Shown here piece after piece: positions 36,323 through 43,532 of a DNA stretch of 64,000 bases; within the stretch, counting starts at the first letter, position 1; every line of letters starts with the position of its first letter. Below the pieces are notes generated by a model. It searched no databases and was not told where the DNA came from. It worked only from the letters and a program-made list of their open reading frames with translations. Origin of the DNA: a virus. The DNA is taken from IMG/VR virus record IMGVR_UViG_3300049855_000474, positions 1 to 64,000 of that record. One strand, written 5' to 3'. The translations under genes were made by a program, and so were the position numbers.

Positions 36323-39300
36323 ATGGCTGATATTCTCACTACAACGCGTGCAACTAAGGCTGGCGTATACATTGGTCGCGTCTTTCGTCCGACGCCTGCG
36401 GGTCTTGCGGCATTTTCCCGAGTTCCTTGCCTTGTAGGTAAGGGAAACCGTCTCCAGACGGTTTTCAACCAACCGATTCGTCGCAGTTTCCGTAATAACG
36501 TAGCAATTGATTTCTCTCCTACGAGTCCTCATATTGCAACTTTGAGCTATGCGGCTCGAAATGACCAGACTGTAGCGAAATTATATAAATCGACGGGTCA
36601 ACCAGTTCCACAGAATCAATGGTCGTTCACAGAAAGCACCCCCAACGCGGGATACAATCAGGTTCTAATAGTTCCCGAAGTTTTCGATGCTAATGCTGAT
36701 TATTTCATTGACTACCAGTCTACGTCAGCGACCATTAGGGATGAATTGCCTTTCAATGAACTTCGAGAGATTCGTTTTATTGGTGATACCGAAAGCCAAG
36801 ATCGTTACGTAGAAAATAGGAATTATTACATCCCAATTACGCTTAGTACGACAGTTGCAGGTGTTCTAAACGCGGATACGGGGAATAACCACTATAACGA
36901 CCGTGACTTTACTACACCAGCGATTGCTAGTGGTACCAACAACGGTTCAGCGGTTTTGACGGTATTGGCTGGTACCTTCACGGGTGACTACAGCCGACTA
37001 TACACCGTGACTGTAACTGGTGTCAATACTACAGTTGACGCGAGTGTCAAAATTACGCTACTCAGCGGTGGTAACAGTGTGGAGGCGCCTTCACCTGTCC
37101 ATACATCACTAGCGGTCCCTGTGGGGCAAGTTGTCAACTTCCCAACGCCTGGTGGTACTTCTACGGATACGTTCACGGATCCTGCGACCGGTGACGTTGT
37201 TACTCTCCAGCTTGCCGATACGTCAACAACTGGTACCGGTGACACAATCAGCGGTACAGCACCCACGATGACACTTACGGATGCTGGCGGTACCTTCACA
37301 GCTACTGACGTTGGTCGGTATATCACCATTTCTGGTGCTACAACTCCTGCGAACAATGGCTCGTTCCTCATTGCTGGTTACACCAGCGGTACGGTTATTA
37401 CCTACACGAACGCTTCCGGCGTAGCCGAAGCTTTCACTGGTACGTATTCTATCCCTAACGTAAGCACGGGTGATGTGTTTACTTTCGCAGGACTAGGACC
37501 GAGTCTTATCGAGGTAGCTGGAGAAGTTCTCAATACCAACCAGTTCTCCACAATTGGTGCTGTCACAGAGACGGTCACCAATGCAAGCGTTGCCTTGACT
37601 ATTCGTAATGATGCTTCCTACACAGGAACCAACAACCGTAACTATCACGTACAGTGCACAGCGGCAGCGGGCGTGTCCCCCAGCCGTACGGCGACCTTCG
37701 TATGGACCGGTTATGGGGAAAACCCCGTAACTGAGGGAACTTTCTCTATCAGCGAGGCTGCTGAAACTAATCTAGAGAGAACACTTGAAAATGGAATCAA
37801 AGTAGACCTGGACTTCGGGTCAGTAAACTTTGTGGTAGGTGACAAGTTCACCTTTACCGCAACAGCTGCACGCTCTCTGATTACTGCCAAAGATAGTCGC
37901 AATTATACGCTTACCGTGCAATCTGCTGCTGCTGGTACGGTTTCACTTCAGTATGTCACGACTACACCTGAAGGTTCCTTCGCTATCGTCCCTGTCACCA
38001 CAAACGGAAGTCTTCGTCTTCCTGGCGGTGTTGACCTTCGTGTCCGTAACATTGGTACACTGACCGGTCAAAACCGGTACGTGGCTGCTGATGAGTGGAC
38101 ATTCTCCACAGTGGATGAGGAAGTTATCGACTGGACGCTTAAAACGCGTGTAGAAGAGACCATCAGCTCAACAGAGTTTTTTACTGACATGCTCGGTACC
38201 GTGACAGAAGTTGTTGGTGCTACATACATCATAATACAAAATATCCCCTCTAACATTCTTTATGTCAAGGATGCTGTGACGGGCGATATGTTGACAGCAA
38301 CAGCTCTTACAGATCAGCCTATCATCTGGTTCATTAATAGACCTGATAACAATGTCAAGGTGAGCTACGAGTACAGTGGTATTGAACCATCACCTGGGCA
38401 ATTATACTATATTACGGCTAACATACTGCGTCCTGACGAGTTGTACAATGTGCCGGTCTTGAGCCTCACATATGACGACGCGTCTCGTCTACTGGGTCCT
38501 TCTGCTACGAACAACGACTTGTTGATTGCTGCGGAAATCGCGCTGAACGATAACGGGGCGCCTGGCATCTACACCTGCCAAGCGAAGGACTCTGACTCAG
38601 ATGGAGTCATTTCCTCGGTCGATATCAATAACGCTGTTCTTGCCACAGAGAACAACAATAAACTAACAGACGTTATCGTACTGAACGGTAACACATCTCT
38701 TTCGACGGCTCTGACATCGAACGAAAAAATGAACGATCCTTTTGAGCGCAAAGAGCGTGCTCTTTGGGTCGGTCTGCCTGTTGGTTCTACTATCGGTAAT
38801 ACGGATTCGGCAGGTACCGTTGCTTTCACAGCAAAGCGTACTCTCCAGGTGTACGGCGATAACCACGCCCACGGCACCCGAGTACTACTGGCAAACAGTA
38901 GAGCTGTCAAAACTATTACCTTGACTGACGGTACGCAAACGGATGTGACTTTGGATGGCTCGTTCATCCAGACAGCAATCGCGGCAAAGAACGCCAGCTT
39001 CACGGATCCTGGTTCGACAATCCTTCGCCAGTTTATTTCAGGGTTCAAGTCCATTAACGTGTTCACGGAACCTGAGGAATATCAGCTCCAAGAGCTTAGC
39101 GTTCTCTACGTCAGTAACCAGGGTAGTTCTGATGCCCCTGTCTTCCGTATTGAAGAGTCTGTCACTGTAGACACTTCAGCACCAGATAATAACGAAATTT
39201 CCGTAGCTATCAACCAAAAGCAGTTTGTCACCAAGCAAGTTCGCGAAACTATGGAAAATGCACTAATCGCAGTCGTTCCCCCTAGCGAAGCTGCTGGCGT

Positions 39301-39544
39301 CGCCATCGTGCGTTCCTTCCTGGTAGGCAAATTGGTTGATATGATCGGTAAGGGTCTAATCGGACCCTACACTGACGACAGTGGAAATTCTCGCACAATC
39401 GATCCATCGGTTGACGTGGAAGTATTCCGAGATCGTACCGATAAGACATTGTACCACTTCAAGTATTACTGGATGGGAAGGTACCCCATCAAGCGTCTTT
39501 TTGGGATGTATTCAGTCGACAAAAGATTTTTTTCCCAGCAATAA
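36323..39544 (+). CDS. Contractile tail sheath protein with large beta-rich insertions
   Basis: N-terminal AGVYI, 1073 aa T/G/A-rich, C-terminal sheath-type region ending YPIKRLFGMYSV; upstream of tube and TMP. Confidence 0.8.
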   Translation: MADILTTTRATKAGVYIGRVFRPTPAGLAAFSRVPCLVGKGNRLQTVFNQPIRRSFRNNVAIDFSPTSPHIATLSYAARNDQTVAKLYKSTGQPVPQNQWSFTESTPNAGYNQVLIVPEVFDANADYFIDYQSTSATIRDELPFNELREIRFIGDTESQDRYVENRNYYIPITLSTTVAGVLNADTGNNHYNDRDFTTPAIASGTNNGSAVLTVLAGTFTGDYSRLYTVTVTGVNTTVDASVKITLLSGGNSVEAPSPVHTSLAVPVGQVVNFPTPGGTSTDTFTDPATGDVVTLQLADTSTTGTGDTISGTAPTMTLTDAGGTFTATDVGRYITISGATTPANNGSFLIAGYTSGTVITYTNASGVAEAFTGTYSIPNVSTGDVFTFAGLGPSLIEVAGEVLNTNQFSTIGAVTETVTNASVALTIRNDASYTGTNNRNYHVQCTAAAGVSPSRTATFVWTGYGENPVTEGTFSISEAAETNLERTLENGIKVDLDFGSVNFVVGDKFTFTATAARSLITAKDSRNYTLTVQSAAAGTVSLQYVTTTPEGSFAIVPVTTNGSLRLPGGVDLRVRNIGTLTGQNRYVAADEWTFSTVDEEVIDWTLKTRVEETISSTEFFTDMLGTVTEVVGATYIIIQNIPSNILYVKDAVTGDMLTATALTDQPIIWFINRPDNNVKVSYEYSGIEPSPGQLYYITANILRPDELYNVPVLSLTYDDASRLLGPSATNNDLLIAAEIALNDNGAPGIYTCQAKDSDSDGVISSVDINNAVLATENNNKLTDVIVLNGNTSLSTALTSNEKMNDPFERKERALWVGLPVGSTIGNTDSAGTVAFTAKRTLQVYGDNHAHGTRVLLANSRAVKTITLTDGTQTDVTLDGSFIQTAIAAKNASFTDPGSTILRQFISGFKSINVFTEPEEYQLQELSVLYVSNQGSSDAPVFRIEESVTVDTSAPDNNEISVAINQKQFVTKQVRETMENALIAVVPPSEAAGVAIVRSFLVGKLVDMIGKGLIGPYTDDSGNSRTIDPSVDVEVFRDRTDKTLYHFKYYWMGRYPIKRLFGMYSVDKRFFSQQ

Positions 39545-39573
39545 CAAGTACTTAGCTCTAGTAGCTTAAACAA

Positions 39574-39616
39574 AGAAACCGTAGTGGCTTTGATGGCTTC
39601 TACGGTTTCTCTATTT
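39574..39616 (+). terminator. Rho-independent terminator after sheath
   Basis: AGAAACCGTAG...CTACGGTTTCT then CTATTTT. Confidence 0.75.
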
Positions 39617-39647
39617 TAACTGCCACTACCAGATTAATTGATTAAAG

Positions 39648-40097
39648 ATGGACGAAGATACACAAATTCCGGAACCCCGAAGGTCCCTACATACACAATT
39701 ACAGAAAACCAAGTCCTGGGTTGCTCTGGTGGCCGGGTCTATCTTTTCTATTGTAATGATTGGATTCCAGTCAGCGCAGTTTATAAACTCTCTGGCGACC
39801 AAGCAACAAGTTACAGAAATGCGGGATTACCTGATCAAGGAGAATACCAAAATCAAGGAGGATTTTGACTATTCTAAAAAGAATGAAATAGAAATGCAAA
39901 TTGAACTTAGTGCAGTTAAAAAAGCCTTCCTGGACCACATGGAAAAGCATTCAGGTAGATTAGCGGCTGAAAGAGAACCTAATAAGGCAAAGGCGGCTTC
40001 TTCGGCTAAGGAAGCACGACGTAAATTTAGGGAATCTATCAATGCAGGAAGAACTATAGAACAGGCGCTTTACGACTCTTCTCCGGACTGGTTTTGA
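39648..40097 (+). CDS. Single-TM coiled-coil membrane protein (holin/lysis-associated-like, uncertain)
   Basis: SWVALVAGSIFSIVMIGF followed by coiled coil. Confidence 0.5.
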   Translation: MDEDTQIPEPRRSLHTQLQKTKSWVALVAGSIFSIVMIGFQSAQFINSLATKQQVTEMRDYLIKENTKIKEDFDYSKKNEIEMQIELSAVKKAFLDHMEKHSGRLAAEREPNKAKAASSAKEARRKFRESINAGRTIEQALYDSSPDWF

Positions 40098-40142
40098 GTA
40101 ACACGGTTATATATTAGAGACTAGTTATGGCAGGTATTTAAT

Positions 40143-40433
40143 ATGCGTAGAGAACTACAAAAACGAATAATAAATGTTTCTGCCTCTTTAGTCGCAATGA
40201 AACCCGCAACCAAATTGGCTCATGACGAGCCTGAAGTCGACGCAATAATGAATAAAGTCGACAGTTTACTGACAGAGTCTCTGGACAAAATAGAGCAATT
40301 GAAAGCACTACAACAGGCTTCAAAATATACAGAAGCTGCGGGTGCTTCGGATCTGGCTGCAAAAGCTGCCAGGGATATGTCGGTTCTATTATCAAAAGCT
40401 TCAATACTGCTCAACCAGCGAGCCACAACTTAA
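40143..40433 (+). CDS. Small protein of MRx(D/E)LQKR family
   Basis: MRRELQKRIINVSAS. Confidence 0.65.
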   Translation: MRRELQKRIINVSASLVAMKPATKLAHDEPEVDAIMNKVDSLLTESLDKIEQLKALQQASKYTEAAGASDLAAKAARDMSVLLSKASILLNQRATT

Positions 40434-40504
40434 TTACGTAGACTTCTTGTTTCTATTTCTGATGAGGGAAAAGTCAGTAAGACTTAGTACCGGAGGGTAT
40501 TAAT

Positions 40505-41023
40505 TTGGCATCCCCGAGTCCATACGCAACTAATAATCACGGCGTCGGAGTTCCTAAGATAAACTTCGATGCTCCAGGCTCGACAACGTCGATGACCTAC
40601 CACGGTCTTGCTATCGTGGTGGATAATAACATTGTGGGTCGAATCCAATCGTGGGCGCCTCAGATGTACTCGAGAGAGGGTGAGTGGGTTTACGAACTCA
40701 ATCACTTTACTTTTGGACGTCCGGTAGACTACGTCCCTGGCATCAACAGCAATTACACGATTAACTGCAATCGAGTAGAGGTTTGGGGTCAGGAACTTGA
40801 GCGTGCGTTAGGTTATCCGGCTGTGTGGTCGGATCTTATCGATCAAGATCGTCCTTTTGCTGTAAAGGAATTCTTGCTTAGAGGAAATAATCCGTACCGA
40901 ACCTGGGAGTACACAGGTTGTTGGTTCCGTAACAAGAACGTTCAAGAGTTTCAATCTAAAGAAACTCCTCAGGTTATGGTCACAGCAGAGCTTGCTTTCG
41001 TGGGTCGTCATAGATCAACGTAA
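40505..41023 (+). CDS. Tail tube protein (T4 gp19-like)
   Basis: 172 aa, VGRIQS..VYEL..YVPG..WEYTGCWF..V.AEL; GGAGG SD; between sheath and TMP. Confidence 0.78.
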   Translation: MASPSPYATNNHGVGVPKINFDAPGSTTSMTYHGLAIVVDNNIVGRIQSWAPQMYSREGEWVYELNHFTFGRPVDYVPGINSNYTINCNRVEVWGQELERALGYPAVWSDLIDQDRPFAVKEFLLRGNNPYRTWEYTGCWFRNKNVQEFQSKETPQVMVTAELAFVGRHRST

Positions 41024-41087
41024 TATACAATTAGCCGCTTAAAGCGGTTTGGCGCTAGAACAATCAAACTATTCGGAGAATGTGGAA

Positions 41088-42050
41088 ATGGCTCAAAACA
41101 AAAATATGGAACTTATCGTAGCCGAGCTGGATCTTATGGCTCAGGAGCTAGAGACCAAGGGCAGTGTCGAGCTTGCTAGTCTCGTGGACGAAGTGGCAGC
41201 AGATCTTGTTAAGGAAGCTGCGGCGAAGTCGCCAAAGGCACCAAAGAATGAAAAGGCTCCTAAGGCTGGTAAGGGAAACGGTAAGCGTAAGAAGATCCAG
41301 AAGAAGAAAACAGCTAAGGCTACTACGGCTGTTAGCCGATCGGAAGCTAAGAAAATCCTCAAGGCTGCGCATGCGGAGCTTTTGGATATCGCTGGAGAGC
41401 TTCTAAAGGACAAGGACACCAAGAGTGCTTCGGCTATCCTCCGTTATGCGGAAGAAGTGGACGAGGAAGAGAAGGGCATTGAGGACGGTGATTCTCCCCT
41501 TATTAATGATGGTGAAGAGCCCAATGCGGGTGGTGACCTTTTCCCAGCCAAGGATGAAGATGAGCTAGATAGCGACCCTGCGGAGGGTGACGATCTTGAC
41601 GAGCCTGAGAAAGGCGATGATGACCTTGATCCAGACGCGGATGGCGATGTGGATGTCGATACAGATGACGACGATGACCTGGAGAAGGAAGTCGAAGCCA
41701 TGATGCGTAAGTACGATCTTGATAAGCCCAAGACTCCTGAAGCACCTAAGACGCCCGAGGCACCTAAGATGCCTGAAGCGCCTAAGTCCCCCAAAGCCCC
41801 TGAACCTCCCAAGGCTCCTGGCGCTCCTTCGGACGAAGACGACAAGGACGATGATGAGGAGGAGGAAGAGGACGACGACAAAGATGAGGCTGACAAGGAC
41901 GACGACAAGGACGACGACAAGGACGATGAAGAGAAGAAAGTCGCGGGAACGTTGTTTGAGCTAGCCAAGAAGCTAGGTTCAGCGGGCGAGAAGGACCTTG
42001 CCTACAGTATTGCCGAAATGCTTGATCGTCACAGCATTAAATCCAAGTAA
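41088..42050 (+). CDS. Acidic low-complexity protein (possible internal/core virion protein)
   Basis: Three helical motifs separated by K-rich, D/E-rich and PKxPE repeats. Confidence 0.7.
   Translation: MAQNKNMELIVAELDLMAQELETKGSVELASLVDEVAADLVKEAAAKSPKAPKNEKAPKAGKGNGKRKKIQKKKTAKATTAVSRSEAKKILKAAHAELLDIAGELLKDKDTKSASAILRYAEEVDEEEKGIEDGDSPLINDGEEPNAGGDLFPAKDEDELDSDPAEGDDLDEPEKGDDDLDPDADGDVDVDTDDDDDLEKEVEAMMRKYDLDKPKTPEAPKTPEAPKMPEAPKSPKAPEPPKAPGAPSDEDDKDDDEEEEEDDDKDEADKDDDKDDDKDDEEKKVAGTLFELAKKLGSAGEKDLAYSIAEMLDRHSIKSK
41728..41820 (+). repeat. Coding tandem repeat PK(T/M/S)PEA
   Basis: PKTPEAPKTPEAPKMPEAPKSPKAPEPPKAP. Confidence 0.8.
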
Positions 42051-42078
42051 TAGTATAAACATTACTACGTGAAGTAAG

Positions 42079-42107
42079 AAGTCCGAGCTTAACCGCTCGG
42101 ACTTTTT
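42079..42107 (+). terminator. Rho-independent terminator
   Basis: AAGTCCGAGC-TTAACC-GCTCGGACTT followed by TTT. Confidence 0.85.
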
Positions 42108-42144
42108 CGTTTGGATCTGGTAAATGAATCCAGCAGACAGCAGA

Positions 42145-42160
42145 TTATTTGATAGGGTGG
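42145..42160 (+). promoter_or_regulatory. 16-bp motif TTATTTGATAGGGTGG (candidate late promoter)
   Basis: Lies between a terminator and the chaperone gene; identical to 32775-32790. Confidence 0.55.
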
Positions 42161-42198
42161 ATAACACAATTTCCACTGTATTTATTTGAGGTTTAGTA

Positions 42199-42984
42199 AT
42201 GACTGATAATCGTCTTGGTGATCGTGTTGATATTGATCAGATCTTGGAGGGTGATTTACCCTACCCAGGGCAACAACAAGCCCCCTCAGCCTTTTCAGGA
42301 GCTGAGGGGATGGATGCTCCCTTCAAGGTGAGCACGGGACAATCCAGCTCCACCAATAAAGCGGGTTTAGATGTAGGTAACTATGATCCTAAGTCTACAG
42401 CAGCCCAACAGACAACAAAAGCGGCAGAGAAGCCTATAGATAAAGAGCCCCCAGTAGCTTCAAAACCCACAACAGCGAATGTGTCAATGCAGCTACGAAA
42501 GTTCCGTGAAGCTTTCGGTGTGAAGCGCATTAGTACAAAAACCTATGTAGTTAAGCGTCAGAGTGAGGAAGGTGAGGTCAACTTCTCTTTCCAGCTTCGT
42601 CAATTGAACTATGAAGATTATCAGTGGGCTGTAATGAAGGCAACAGAGCATTCCATAGAGAATGATGTGCCTCTGATGTTCGCTTTCCACTTTGCGACAG
42701 TCGCAATCGCAATCTCTGCTATGGATGTAGACTTAGCAGAGGGTACTAAACCAACCCCAATCTACGAAGTATTCAATATTCCTGTAGAGAATACCGCACA
42801 TATTCGAGATCCTTTCTACCCAGCAACTCCAATTCGTACAGCGGCTGCTGCTCTCCTGTTCACGGAGCTGCATGACTCTCTTTTTGATATTGTTCAAGAA
42901 CTGCATGATGCTGTAGACGAGTACGTGACCAACAGGTCACAAGCGGTCCAGAAGGAGAAAGAAGAGGTTGGCCCTTTAGCATAG
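42199..42984 (+). CDS. Tail assembly chaperone (gpG-equivalent)
   Basis: Position between tube and TMP; slippery site at 3' end. Confidence 0.65.
   Translation: MTDNRLGDRVDIDQILEGDLPYPGQQQAPSAFSGAEGMDAPFKVSTGQSSSTNKAGLDVGNYDPKSTAAQQTTKAAEKPIDKEPPVASKPTTANVSMQLRKFREAFGVKRISTKTYVVKRQSEEGEVNFSFQLRQLNYEDYQWAVMKATEHSIENDVPLMFAFHFATVAIAISAMDVDLAEGTKPTPIYEVFNIPVENTAHIRDPFYPATPIRTAAAALLFTELHDSLFDIVQELHDAVDEYVTNRSQAVQKEKEEVGPLA
42972..42978 (+). other. -1 programmed ribosomal frameshift site C_CCT_TTA
   Basis: X_XXY_YYZ in correct phase; -1 frame is open and continuous with ORF 43041..43532. Confidence 0.75.
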
Positions 42985-43532
42985 AGCAGCTCAAGGAGGT
43001 TGATTACGACCTCTGGCTACGAGGTAAGCTTGCTGCAAAAATGCGAACTACCGTTAATGATCCACGGCTGCTGGACCTCACGCATACACAGGCAGAGTTG
43101 TCATTACTATTCATTCATGATGATGAAAATGAATATTTCGATAGAGTCGAAGCTATGCTCGGTATTCTATGGACACGGGAGGAAGTGGCTGGAATGCTTG
43201 GTGGCGAGGTAGGGGATCAACAATTACAGCAAATAGAGAAGTTTGATATAAAAAGAGCTCGATACCCCTTAGCGCTGATACTACGACCCGATCTATTTAC
43301 CGAGTTGAAAGAACGTTTTGGTTTGGGTACAAGAGAAAAGAACGATAAGGGTATGCCAGGAATGCCACATGTCCCAAGTGATGCTCAGTCTCTTGGTATG
43401 CTTGATAAAGACTCGTTCTTGAACAAACTAGGATTCAAGAGTTATAAGGATGATGCAGTAGGCTCACCCAATCAAAGAGATGTTCAAACAGGATTTATTC
43501 CGACAACACCACGTCGTCTAGGCGGAAGATAA
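42978..43532 (+). CDS. Tail assembly chaperone extension (gpT-equivalent), translated as fusion with 42199 gene
   Basis: Open frame from the slippery site (SIEQLKEVDYDLWLRGKLAAKMRTT...) ending immediately before the TMP ATG. Confidence 0.7.
   Translation, partial: SIEQLKEVDYDLWLRGKLAAKMRTTVNDPRLLDLTHTQAELSLLFIHDDENEYFDRVEAMLGILWTREEVAGMLGGEVGDQQLQQIEKFDIKRARYPLALILRPDLFTELKERFGLGTREKNDKGMPGMPHVPSDAQSLGMLDKDSFLNKLGFKSYKDDAVGSPNQRDVQTGFIPTTPRRLGGR

Noticed and set aside
40459-40490. Hammerhead-like core CTGATGA-GG-GAAA-AGTC..GACT-TA upstream of the tube gene
   Set aside because: Only 2 nt where stem II should be, and no stem I pairing; probably chance
41444-41968. Poly-Ser minus-strand ORF
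   Set aside because: Antisense artefact of the D/E-rich coding strand
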